NCBI GenBank assembly: GCA_051362555.1
Contig: CM120645.1
Span: forward strand, 7,440,001 to 7,504,000
DNA from: Lingula anatina
Lineage: Eukaryota > Animalia > Brachiopoda
Reading direction: 5' to 3'
DNA length: 64,000 bases
Shown: piece by piece, positions 40,452 to 53,887 of the stretch
Position numbering within the stretch: position 1 is the first letter of the stretch
How the letters are laid out: each line of letters starts with the position of its first letter
The notes under the pieces: generated by a model
What the model saw: only the letters and a program-made list of their open reading frames with translations
Databases searched by the model: none
Told to the model about the DNA's origin: nothing
Position numbers and translations under genes: made by a program

Positions 40452-43179
40452 TAGTCCATCCTAAGCCTTAGGAATTAAAAGACCAGTCACAATGTCCTTA
40501 TCCTCTGTGTTGTTATTCTGCTTTTACTTACCAGCAAAGTAGGAGTGACAAAAGTCAAGCACGGGTTCTCCATGCCTCCATATGGGAAAGATGGTGGTAA
40601 AACCAGAAGATCATACACTCCCCATACATATGGCCCAAGGAGATTTTCTGCTGTCTTTAGGAATTGCTCAGTCTGAACAGAAAAGGCAACATAATTTTTA
40701 TGTATTTCAGTGTATAATTTAAGCCTAGTTACTTAATATATTCCTAACAGGAAAACATACAAATGAATGTCTATTAAAAAATAAAATTTCCCAAATGTCG
40801 TTTTTAAAAATATAGATTACAAATGTTTTGTACATTTTTATTTTGTTCTCACCTCAGCAAATTCATATTCTGCTTCTTTAATCATCTCTTTTTCTGTCCA
40901 TACATGAGATCTTGGCCCAATTTTTCTGAAGGTACAGAAAAAAAAATAAAGTGGCTGTTACAATTATGGATGATAATCTGTAGCCTGAACAAAAATATAT
41001 AATAGATATATCTTTTACTGCTCTGTGGGGTTGGACATGAAAGTTAAGAAAATCAGATGGTTAAAGATCCATATAACTACCTTTCATTTAATAACAACTG
41101 TACAATACCTTGACTCCAGTGCCCCAACAACAATGGCTATGAGATAACTGGGTATGGGGACCTTCTGTACAAATTCATGAGTTCCTTTCCCACTTCCTTC
41201 CTGCCTGACTGCACTCATTAAGACTGTCAGATCTTTGGGAGCAGTAACCTATGAGAGATAATACTCTTTAAAACATATCCATTCACTTCATAAAGAAAAT
41301 AAATGCCATACAGGATGGAGAAGACAACCAGCAGAAATAAGTCGAAAATGAGTTAATGACTGAATTTAACAATAATTTTGGACAAAGTAAACTTGGTGGA
41401 ACATGGACAGGTGTCAAACTTCCTTGAAAAATCAATTCTAAATTTGCAATAGGTTTTATGCTAAAATCTTGATACCAGAAAGGTAAACAAAAAATATAAC
41501 AATTTTAATAAGTTATATTCAATCATTCTGTCTCTAAACTTATCCTCACCTTAGCTGTGTAGGTAAACTTGGCAGATGGTGTGTCTTGACATGGGACAAT
41601 GCTACGACTATGGATGGCCTAGTGGTAACAGATACGACAGAATAAATAAGATAATGCCCATATTCATACTTTCAAGACTTACAAAGTTTGTTTATAGATG
41701 ATTACTTTGACATTTTTTACACTTGAGTGCTGTCTCAATGTAAAGAACAAGTATTATTGTAGGAACATTGAGAGTATCAATAAACAAAGTATCGCATAAT
41801 AGGTAATGAATATAAAAGACATATAAGACTAAACGGTTTCTTAGATAGTGTTGTCAATTCTGTTCTTTGTATTTCTAGTGCACTAATGGTTTAATAAAAC
41901 AATTTATTGGGAGAAAGTCTGAATCCAAACTGTGTGCCATGTTTTTTCTCTTTTCTTTCTTTCTTTTTTTTTTTTTTTTTGTTTGCAGAGGGGTGGGGGT
42001 TACTGTTCAATAGAAGGAAGGATCACAGATTGATTTTTCACTAGATTTTTCCAGAACTCTCTCTGGCTAATTCACAACACAATTCTGTGCTTTGAGAAAA
42101 ATGAAAAAAAAAAAAAAAAAATGCACATGATTAATCTGCGTCCCAGGTAGAGGATATACCCACCTGGCACTGGCTGAAGAGGTACGGGTGCTTCTTCCCA
42201 GCTGTCATCTCAGGTGTAAGCCACTGAAGGGCCGAAGCTTCTGGGGAACACTCGTACTCTATTTTGATTTTCAATCTGAAGAGCAAGATGTTCAATTCCT
42301 AAATTATCATTTCAATCCAATCATTAAATTAACATTTCATAAGAAATAAGCTTAAATTTGACCTAAAGTAGAGATTATTTGGAGAATTTAGAATCCATTA
42401 GATATCAAAGATACCACTGTAACATTATCCTCATGCTCCCTGTAAAATCTTGGCCAGCTAACATTTTCCCTTTAAATTTAATGGGTGAATGTATATTTTT
42501 ACATTTGTCTTTTATAAATAAAATAAAATAAAATAAAATAAAATAAAAACGATTAAAACAACTGTAGAAAATGCACAGTACTTCTTGTCTTTGACCCTAG
42601 GTAGTTGAATCTCTAGTTTGGAGCCAAAGGCTCCCACAGGTTTCCCAAGGCTATATTTAAGTTCCTGACCCGTTTCCACATCGGTTATTCTGTGAATAGT
42701 CAGGTCTTTCGAATCTAGGATCTAGAAGATTGAAATGAATGCAAACTTTAAGAGAAAAGGAAACGTTTTGGCCATTGAACTCAGAGTGTGAATCCAGGAA
42801 CACTGAAGAATATATCTAGACAGGTTAGAAGACATGGCTATGGTTTAAGACAATTCATATTTTAATACGTAATTTAACACCAAACGATATTACGCACCAC
42901 TACGTCTACATCCGTTTTCTTCTTCTCTAAGTCCAACTCCACGCTACCGGTGAGAAGCTTTTTGTCAAAGTTGACATCCCAGTCTAAATGAAGGTGCACC
43001 ACTACGCAGTCCTCCGGCCTAGAGAACGATGAAGGATCTCCAGGACTAAGACGATCTATTTTCATCTGCTGTTCAGGCATGATCGCAGGAAAAAGGGACA
43101 AAAGACACAAAAATTTGAGGAGAAAGTTGTGATCAAGACTTACATATGCTGAGCCCGTTGTGCGGTGTGCTTTACTCAT
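36783..43179 (-). CDS. LTA4H: Leukotriene A4 hydrolase / M1 zinc aminopeptidase, 16 coding exons, 620 aa from ATG 43080 or 653 aa from ATG 43179
   Basis: Exons 43179(or 43080)-42898, 42721-42582, 42275-42164, 41618-41550, 41248-41109, 40925-40853, 40672-40532, 40342-40248, 39987-39876, 39571-39427, 39039-38936, 38568-38498, 38353-38203, 37896-37814, 37286-37182, 36921-36783. Motifs: [39 protein letters not shown]...[28 protein letters not shown]. Confidence 0.96.
40040..40190. mobile_element. MITE family B, partial copy in an LTA4H intron
   Basis: GAGTAGAATACAGAAAAGCTGGTGATTA...TGACTGCATTCAGTGAGAGTCCCTGCAGAG matches the copies at 6693 and 8956. Confidence 0.65.
42023..42157. mobile_element. 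MITE family A, degenerate copy
   Basis: CACAGATTGATTTTTCACTAGAT...CTGCGTCCCAGGTAGAGGATA matches the 19706 and 22181 copies. Confidence 0.65.
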
Positions 43180-43542
43180 TGTGAATGATTGGTTCTCCAA
43201 ACAAACCTAATCAAAATGTACATTTTTAAAGGCATAAATTGGTGTTTTAATTACAATTTATTGAAATTTTGTTACAAAAAAATATAATAATGATTAATAT
43301 TTTAGTATTATTTATCTATTTAATATTTTTGTATATAAATAAAGACTCTCTTCTGGATACACATGTTTTCGGAACAAGTCTCACAAAGCTTGTGGATACG
43401 ATCACGTGACCCAGTAAACAATCATGTCGGACATGGCTCTTGTAAGGATTTCGTGAATCTTTCTGATGCGCTTGCCAAAATGTAACCTTCACTAGTGATG
43501 TAACGCGAAGAAAACTGATTCATACTGATAATGCGGACTAAG
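43180..43542. promoter_or_regulatory. Divergent promoter LTA4H/TRPV plus candidate non-coding first exon of TRPV
   Basis: CCAAT box near 43187-43192 (GATTGG on +), palindromic E-box TCACGTGA at 43402-43409, donor AAG|GTAGGT after 43542 pairing with acceptor TTTCAG at 43815 upstream of the TRPV ATG. Confidence 0.6.
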
Positions 43543-43774
43543 GTAGGTATTGAGAAATGGTTTGGACATATAAGTCGCTGATCAATCTGACCAAAGTTAA
43601 TTAGCTTTCTGTTTCGTCGGCTTCTTAAACTTTCCGTCAAGAAAGTGTCTTCGGTGGTTGTATGAATGTTTTTGTGAATATTGAGTCTATAAAGTGAAGT
43701 GATGAAAAGTGTTTTAAAGTTGTCCTGTTTCACTTGTTTAAGTCATAAACTTTTTGAATGCAGTTATACTAGTC

Positions 43775-43811
<37 letters not shown>

Positions 43812-43887
43812 TCAGGCATCAAACTAAAATCTAGCCAAAGATCGATCTGTATTAAACCCAGCAGTGAGCCTGCTGGAAGTAGCCACA

Positions 43888-46800
43888 ATGGGTAACCTAC
43901 TGAGGAAGAAGGGTGGCAGTGCACCCCTTGATCGGGACTCTGCCTGGAAACAACAAAATAAAGAAATGCAAGAAAATCCCATGTACAAGTTTATTAATCT
44001 GGGCACAAGGGGTGGCACTCTTATAGATGAATATCTAAAGCACAATAAGAAAAATGAGAGTGATCCAAAGGCTTTTGAGGACCATTTGGAGCAAGAAATA
44101 GAACATTACCTGTGCAATAAAGGAGCAGGCAGGAAAGTTAGTCTGGTAGAATGGGTACGGTGGTGTGACAGATGTAAAGCAAAAATGACGGTAAGTAAAA
44201 GTTCTTGGTAATATTCTCTTAAGCATATGCCCTTTTTACTCAAACATGTGATTCAGAGATGTAAATCTTCTTTCATTCAAATAATTTTATCTTCACCACC
44301 AAAATATTCCTGAGCAGTTTACCTAACCTGAAGAAAAGTTTTGAATGCCACATTTTCAGTTGCACTGATAGATACGTATTGGATATTCAAAGACGAGAGA
44401 GGGGGGCTGGTTTTCTGATGTTTAATGGACTGAAAAGTGGATAATTTCTTGTAATTAGAGACATTTCACATGCTTTCCTAATAGTTTTATCCCTCCTACA
44501 TATTTTTTTGTCTGTATGTATCAAAGACTTTTTAAAATGATGTACATACGGTAAAGTCTTGAAAATTTCGTCGTTCTTGAAAATTTCGTCGACAGACGAT
44601 TTTCCGCCGAGGTAATTTTTTTCCCCTTGAAAACTTCGTCGACCTTGAAAATGAGGTACTCAATAATTTTTGAAAAGTTCGTCACCAAATATGGCCGCGT
44701 TGTCCAGCTCAAACATGAAGGTAATGCGTCAGTTGATTCAAGACAATGATACGATCAGGATATCATTGCCGATAACACTCTCAATGGGAGATAGGAACAA
44801 TAGTGCGCCCCTGCGAGCGGTTACTCACAATATAAGTGGTTAAGATGTGAATCCCCGTTCTTAATTGCGGGAACATCGGCCTTTTGTCTAAATAGTTTCA
44901 TTACTATTACCTGGCTCAAGGTGCGTTATCAAGCCGGCAAATAAAAGTCACAGGCCGCGGCTTTGTCATTTGTAACGCCGTTATTGTTATCGGCGGCTGT
45001 CCTAAATGAGGAAGACACAATGAAAAATCAAGATATTATCTCGAAGGGAAATGTACCCGTCACTTCTATTCATGTCCATGTTCAATTTAGGACCATTTAA
45101 CAATTACCTGGCTCATCCATGGAGATCGTTCGCAATGCGAATGGGACGAGATGGCAATTTTCATAGCTTCAGCAGAGAATCTTTCGCGTAATATTGTCAA
45201 CAGATCGTTCGCGATCCAAACGAGACAAGAAGAAAATTTTCATATTTATAGCAGACTCCGTTCGCGTAAGATCATCAGCGGGAGATCGTTTGCGATCCGA
45301 GCGAGACGAAAAGGCAATTTTCATGTCATCATCGGGAGATCGTTCGCGATGTAAGCAAGAATGAAATGCAATTTTCAAATTAATGCAAGGAACTTAGTTT
45401 GCAAAAGATCGTCAGCGGGAGATCACTATTCTAACCCCCCCCTTTGAATTTAATAAATAATATATATATATATTTTATATATATTTTCATTTTATCTTAA
45501 CCCCCCCCCTTCCCCGCTCATGGCATATCTTCGGCGGAGAATCGTTCGCGTAAGATAATCATCGCGGGATCGTTTGCGATGTAAGCAAGAATGAAATGCA
45601 ATTTTTATATTAGTTCAAGGGATTTAGGGAACTTCGTTAACGGAAGATCGTCAGCGAGAGATCATTATTTCACTCTCCCCCCCCCCCCCCCCCCCCAGAC
45701 ACAGACACACTTTGGATTTAAAAAATATCTTTTTCATTTTATCTTTAAACAGCCCCCCCTCCCCCGCTCACGGTATATATTCGGCGGAGAATCGTTCGCG
45801 TAATATCCTCAGGACTTTGTTCGCGTTAGATCATATCAGAGGGAGATCGTTCGCGATCCTAGCTTGACGTAAAGGCAATTTTCATATCATCGTCGGGAGA
45901 TTGTTCGCGATGTAAGCAATAATAAAATGCAGTTTTCATATTAGTACAAGGAACTTAGTTTGCAAACGATCGTCAGCGGGAGATCATTATTTTAACCCCC
46001 CCTCCCCTTTGAATATTATAAATAATATATATTTTTAATTTCATCTTTAACCCCCCCCCCCTTCCCCGCTCACGGCATACATGTATCTTCGGCGAAGAAT
46101 CGTTTGCGTAATAAATCGCCAGGACTTTGTTCGCGTAAGATCGTCAGAGGGAGATCGTTCGCGATCCGAGCGAGACGAAAAGGCAATCTTCATATCATCA
46201 TCGGGAGATCGTTCAGTTTTCATATAAGTTCAAGAAACTTAAATTGCGGAAGATCGTCTGCGGGAGCAATTATTTTAACTCCCTGTAAATTTTTAGGAAG
46301 TTACAGATGGTACTTTTAGAAGGCCTGACATTCAATCCTGGGAAAAGCCCTGCAGGCAACAAACGTTGCCAAGTGCATAATTTTTTTAAATATGTCGCGG
46401 CCAGGTTATAATGCAAGGAGGCAATTAAGCTTATCTTGATCCTTCTCCTCTATCAGGAGGTATTTTTCTTACCGAGAAGATAATTCTCAACACATTTTCG
46501 GGTACAGTAAGTTAAATTTAACTTAATCGAGATGCAGTAATAAATATATTATTATTTACCACCAGAAAACGACTTAGGAAGTAGTTTTAAATATCCCACA
46601 ATATAGGAGGGTCAAAGATAACAGTCGCTAAGGATAAAAGCCCAAAGACCGGATTTTTGAAAATTTCGTCATACCCAGGAGTCGGGGAGAGGTAATTTTG
46701 AAAAATTAGTCGGATTTACACAATTAAAAATATTAATTAATTTTTAAGCGACGAAATTTTCAAGACTTTACCGTATAAGTTTTAGTCTAGAAGCGTATTA

Positions 46801-49800
46801 TACACAGTTTAGAATACACATTCCTAAAAACTGGCAATTTTGGTTCAGCATTTAACATACATTCAGTATAGCGATTGCACCTGATTATTCTTTTTAATGA
46901 AGGCAGGACATTTTTATACATGTAATTAATTATTTATCTCTTGTGTAGTAGTAGCATTTCTGAACACTGTAGCATAAGCAAGCAAAATCTGCCGAGCAAC
47001 CTTCTTCTTCCATGTGCTTGGTACTTTTATTGAAGGAAATCAATAGAACGGCTTCAGAGGCTTTGACGCCAGTTCAAAGAACCCAGTTTGTAATCCCCGA
47101 GGGACCTTATCTGTTCTGAAAGACTTGATTTATGGTCTTTCTGAGTGGAAGAGAGATAAATATTTATTCATGCCATGATGTCCTGATTGGTTGTCAATTG
47201 ATTTGAGGCTGTAAATTCACCATAAACTTCTAGTAGCGTGTGCAATGCAAATGCGATACACTCTGAAATCTTGTGCAACATATTTCTCACTCATGTCAGA
47301 ACTGTCAGATGGATGTGCTATTTGCATGTTTGAAAACACTTTTTCAATAAGCCAGATGAATACTGCAGTCATTCAGTTGAAACATGTTTATTGTAAAGTT
47401 TGTATGATATGATAATGAAGAAGATATTTGCATTTGGAAAAAGTGTTTATTTATTTATGTGAAATGGTGCTCCCTATCATGTTCTTTTGAAACTTGGATA
47501 GATTGCATGCCAATTTTTTTACCAGTTCCCTGTATTGCCTTCACAAGTAAAAGGGCTGGTTTATTGAAACCAACCATATGATGACATGATGCAAAAGAGG
47601 CGCTGAAGCAACTCTGGTTTTATTAAAAGCTATTTTAGTCATATAATAAAATGTACTAGAATCAGTACTGTAGTTTCAGTACTGTAGTTATAGAGATTCA
47701 GAATGATGTTAGGTCTTGTTAAGTGATAATTGAAATGTTCTTATACCAAAATAAATATTAATTTGTCACATATGGGAGTCACATACATGTGATAGTAGAG
47801 TTGATTTTCCTTTCAGTAACAGGTACCGTAGTATGAAATGCTAGCTGGTACTGGTATATATTTAATTACTAGTAGTGTCACGTCTTAATCCAGTGTTATC
47901 CCAATTTGTCAGAGTAAGTACTTGTAAGCAATCCAAGCACTTACATTCTTTCTCATACTGGCAGAAGACAACTGTCAATAGTCTTTAGCATATTGTTGCT
48001 ATCCCCATTCCGTGTTTTAGTGATAATGAAACTTGGTGGTTGAAAATCGTAGCTATTTAAACAAAGTGATTGATTCTATCATTATGCACCTGCCTTCAGG
48101 TTGTTCAGATCTTGTTGACTTCAGTTGATTTGCCCACACATTTTGCTTTTGTGGGGCAAAAGTTGAGGTGTGCTAACTCCTAAAATTGCATAGTCATTGT
48201 ACCCTGACTTACATGGTTATTTAGAATTTGAAGTGTAATTTTAAAGATAAATATATTTTAAAAGAACTCTCACATGCTAAGTTGACACTTGTCTTAAATA
48301 AAGGTATATACTTGAAAGGCCAAACATTGTTTTTTTTTTACAAAAAGGCAACTATTTGCTGTTTTTATAAACAAGAGTATTGGATAATTAATTGCCCTTT
48401 ACTTTTGATAATGACCACTTTCTTCCAATTCACACATCGTATCAGCCAGGTTAGTTTAACTGTGCAGGAATTCTCATTAAAGTGCAATCAGTGGAATCAG
48501 CTTGATCAGCACATGATATTTAATGACCCTCTATATTTAATTACCCTCTATCTAGCTGCTCCAGTCAGACAATTAAGCTAATAATTGATTGCACTTTAGG
48601 GAGAATCCCTCACAGAGTTGGACCGACCAAGCTGGTACGATGTGTGAATCAGAATGCAGCTTTATATCCTCTAACCTTGGGCCAGTTTGTTGTTTTTGTT
48701 CTGCACAACTCCTCAGGTAGCAGTTAAACCTGAGAGATCAATGTCAGACTCTTCATTCTTTAGATGTATGAATTATTGTGGTATATTAAGCCAGGCCAAA
48801 GGAAATTGTGTAATGATATTTATATAATTGGTATTTGAATAGTGGCATACTAGGGCCTATAATGGACATAGTTGTTATTGCCATTTGCTGGGTTAACACT
48901 GCTCTGGGTTCTTTCAGTGTCCATTAGCATATTGGTAAATGTAAAGATGACCTTCAAGACTGAAAGATCTCTTCACTCTTGCACCTTCCACTTAATAAAA
49001 TAATGTTTGTGAATAATTGCTTTTCCAGTTAAGGTCATTTTCTATGCACTAGAATAGTACAGTGTGGAAATTTAGTTTTTTTTTCCTGTAGTCAAGGCCC
49101 TATAAGTCTCCTTAAATTTGTTGATTTATTTTGTTACCTTCTTGCTCAAATAAAATGTTTAGGTATAATTAACTATTTGTGACTGATAATTATATCAATA
49201 TCATATCATATCATATATAGAAAATCTATGTCAACAAAAGGGACAATACTGTTTGTATATATTTATTTTATTTATAAATTTATTGATTTTTTTTTCTTTT
49301 TGGATTTTTCTTTATTTATTTATTTATTTTTTTTTTTTTTGGGGGGGGGGGGCAGGTTATGCAAATACTATTGGTTTCAATAGTTTCAAGTTGATTGGAC
49401 ATGTTGTTTTTGAATTGCATTATGAAATATGCTGAAGATGTTTGCATTTTTTAGATAATTATATTTATTATACTTTGTGGTGCTTGTTTTATTTCTTTTT
49501 TTTCTAAAATGTGTAAATTGACCAGAATCCTTTGAGAAGAATCTACTTTGTGCACAAAACAATATAAAAAACTTAAAAATTGGTACTTATTATTTCTACC
49601 ATCCTAATAATTATCATTATTTTTAGGTTTCACATCAGAGCAAAAACTAACTAAAGCATTTGAGTGTTCAAAATTCAAAATCAATTTCACTTTTAACAAT
49701 TTTTCAGGGAGGTTCACTGGTAGACAATAGAAAAGATGAGGAAGTTTTAGCTAACTACAAGGAGGATGCTTTTATTAAATTTGATGAACCTCATGAAATT

Positions 49801-52800
49801 TGTTGGGAATTGAATCTGCGGGGTGGCGTTGGTGAGATGCCGCTTCACCTTGCGTTCCTCATGGACAGTGTGTTGGCCACGGAGGTGGCTCACATCATGC
49901 TACAAAAGTATCCCAAACTGGCACTGGACATTTACGAGGGAGAAGAATATTATGGTAGGCATTTTTGATAATGAGAAAGATTGATTAATTTGTGTTTTGA
50001 AAACTTCCCTGTTTATCAGTTTTCAAAATGCAGTTTAAGGATAAGCATGAACTTGAATATCCACAGTTTTAATTGGTTGTTGAACTATGCAAACACAAAA
50101 TCAACTTTGTATTCACTTTTGAAGCTTGTCATAGTGTTCCAATTATATTTTAATATATTTGAAAATTGTAATTGTGATTAAGATATAAAGATAATTTGAA
50201 AAAAAATTCTAAAACATCCTTAGTTTAAAAATCACCAAATACAACTTCTAAAATTCAATTTTACTATCAGAATTCAATAATAAATGTACTAAGAAATACT
50301 TAAAGGTAAAATGATTCAGAAGCTTCATTAATTCATCTTTTAAGTATGGATGTTTTAAAACTGAATGTCGGGACAAATCCTAGTTTGCAGTGGTACGTGG
50401 TAAGTCACTTCTGAATCAGTATTCTTACAATCAACATGTAACTCATTGACAATTTATGATCATGTCCATTTCAGGAGAGAGCTGTCTTCACATAGCGATA
50501 GTCCTGAATGACTTTGAGTCGGTGCGACTGTTGGTAGAATGTGGTGCCAAAATAAACCAGCGTGCTTCTGGGAGGTTCTTTATGCCAGAGGACCAGAAGG
50601 AGAGAAAAACAGCCAATACAAATTTTGATGGTAAGAGAGACCATAGCTATGTTCATTCTCATTGTGACTTTATACGTAATTTCCTTTGTTTCATTTTGCA
50701 GTAACAGTAACCCTTGTTATTGCCTCAACTCAATGTTCATGCTGTTCATAAGTACTTGATATACATTTATATAAAAACTTAATGTAAAATATAAAAAATA
50801 TTCTCTGGGTTAAATTTTATATTTTATTAAAATGAAAAAAAAATTGAAAAATTCATAACTTTTTTATCATTTTAAAAATCTCACTTCAGGCTATGCATAC
50901 TATGGTGAATATCCACTTGCCTTTGCTGCCAGTTTTGGTCACAAGAACATCTACGACTACTTGATTAGCAAAGGTGCCGACCCAGATGCTCAGGACTCCT
51001 TTGGGAATACCACTCTACATGTTATTGTGGTCAACAACCAGCTGGTAAGATATAGTATCTTACATATTGAACTTTATTGATATAATTATACTTATTGTAG
51101 AACTGTAGGCCTCTGATTTTCCAGTTTACTGTGTACTTTTTCAAATAGTACTCTTGTCTTTTGTTTTCTGGTTGTAAATTTGGTGTACTTATCCCTCCCT
51201 CGAGTTGGAAAAAGTCTCCAAATTGATGTAATATTGTATATGACTAAGGGTTATATGAATAGCATAGAAATAAAGCAGAAAATATCTGTTCAAATACTAT
51301 TTTTTGAGAAATATGAAACTATGCTTTTTGATATTTCCTCGAGTTATGCTATTTGGAACTACTAGTATATATAGTGACATTTGGTCAGCCTTTGTGGCAA
51401 TAATTTATCCTCAGATGCATCTTTAAGATGGCATGTTCAGTGTGAATGCCATTTTGATTCTTAATTGACAATCTGCTTGCAGCAATGCTAACTATCAGCC
51501 TATCCAATATTGATTTTGGTTTCTAAGAGGCAGCTGACCTGATTCCTAGCAATATTTGCCTACGTCTTTGAACTGACTCCCGCTGAGAACTGAGATTATT
51601 AGGAGACTCGAGAACAGATTAGAGTGTGTCATTTAGATATAATATTACATGTATTAGCTTATATTGCAAGTAATAGTACTAAATTAAACTGCAATACACA
51701 CATGCGCTTTTCTCACGCATCCACTCGTACAAACATGTGCGCATGGGTACGTGTCCTCAATGCACATTTTGTTATATGCATGTATATTTCAGTTTAGTGA
51801 GGATTACCTCCAGCTTGAAGATATTTAATAATTTACTCAATCAATCCTGTTAACACAGTCCAGGCATACAGAATATATGACAGTTTAATTCAGCAAAATC
51901 TTTACCCTTTTTTAAGGTTTCACAGTTCATCAAAACTGGTTATTGAAAATAATATTTGTTCATCTTGGCATTATTTTGGAAGAGTTTTCAAGTTGTTTAG
52001 ATTTCAAAATTTAAGTTAAAAGAAAAAATTTGAAAAGGTAATTATAAGAAAATCCCTTGCTGATGAGAATGAAAACTTCAGGATGATTTTGACAAATATT
52101 TTATTTGAAAGTATTAAGCTATTTTAAATTTACTTCAAATATGTCTGCAGATGTGATATGGATGACTTTTTCATCATTCCCACTATGCCATATGATAATA
52201 TCAAACCATGCTACTAGTATGTTGCCTTATACAAAACCATACCATACCATGCTGTGCCATGCTATTCTATGCCATGCCAATCCATGCCATGCCATGCTGT
52301 GTCATGCCATGTCATGCTATGCCATGCTGGGCCATGTAATGCCATCCAAGGCCATGCCATCCTATTATGGAGCTTTAATCCAAATATTCACAGAAATGTT
52401 TGTATTTTAGGGTATGTACCAGTACGCAGTGCGGCATCACGAGAGGAGAGCTAACCCCTACATCAAGAATGAACAGCAACTCACCCCTCTCACACTGGCC
52501 AGCAAACTGGGCAGACACAAGTTGTTCACAGAGATTTTGGAGGAATCATCCATAGTAAGTGAATTAGTTCTCTTGAAATAATGTCTTGATCTCTGATGCT
52601 TTATTCAAATTTTTAGCTCAAGCATTGTTTTTTTTGTATCTCATACTTCAGTACAATTTCAACTCACAGTAGCTTAAGTAGGTAGGTAGGTAAGATATTT
52701 CCAACTTGGTGAAAACAAATAATAGATTCAAGTCAAACTTCTAGCTCGACAATAAAATATTTTTTCATTTTGTATGCCAGCTATTAGAAATATCATGCAA

Positions 52801-53853
52801 ATAGAAATATCATGTTAGTATGATTCAGAAGTAGTCTGCATAGATGAATGTGTTTTTCTGTAAATTTTTATTCTGTACTGCATTTGGCCTGCTATTCTAG
52901 AATGAGCATACAACGTAGAACTTTCTTTCAATTATTTACAAAATAAGACTAATGATGGTTTGATATCGAGCAACCAGAATAGAAAGTTATCACCATTGAT
53001 CAGGAAACCACACATTCAATGCAAACTGTCATAAACCGGATGTGTGACATTTTCTTTGGCATGAACCATGAACTTTCCTTCAGTGTAATCAGTAGATACT
53101 ACAGATATGACCTAAAACTTACCATGCTTGTAGTCATGTACCACAGTGGAGAAGTTTTGTGCTTTTTTCAGAAAAAAAGTGCCTCCTGCTTTTTCACCAT
53201 TTTACCATGGCATAGAGCCTAGTTCAAAATTTTAGTCGACCTTTCCAAAGGCCAAAAAGGCTGTCCATTCTTATCCCCTCCCCCTGTATATGGTAAGAAT
53301 GGACCTGGTCAGACATGTCATCTAATAGTAATTTCCATTAACTTTTAAAAAAATCATTAGTTGGGTGAGATAAAATTATATTTGTAGAGAATTGACTGTG
53401 ATAACTTAATAACAGTATTTTACTTAGAAATATGTTGATGAAATGACAAAAATTCCACCTAGGCCAGCTTCGGATAGGTATTGATTTACAGAAACTTTTA
53501 ATTTAAAATCAAAGTAGAATAAATACTTTGGAATGACTATGGGTTATTTAAGTGGTTGGATAGAAGAGATGTGATACGTGTGTTGATGAATTTTTATTTA
53601 TTGTGATGATCATTAATTGGTGTGTCTATATACCCAGCCAGTCTTTTATCATGTTGTCTTTATTTGCTGACCATTTAGCCACCATTGAAGTGTCCTAAAT
53701 ATTAGACGTAATTTGATCCCAACTTATTGATCTTGTGGAAATAGAAATGGCTATCATTGTAAAAGCATGTCAACAAACAAAACCGGTGGCATGTAGATGA
53801 TGCAGCTTTGTTGCATGGTGATGTATTGATCTTGGACATTCAGTCTGGGATTT

Positions 53854-53887
<34 letters not shown>

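Noticed and set aside
45120-46320. CRISPR-like array or transposase ORFs in the repeat block
   Set aside because: Eukaryotic intron; the spacers are themselves repeated, no cas genes, and the short ORFs just translate the repeat.
52105-52410. Cys/His/Met-rich metal-binding-like ORF
   Set aside because: Translation of the (CCATG)n repeat inside a TRPV intron.
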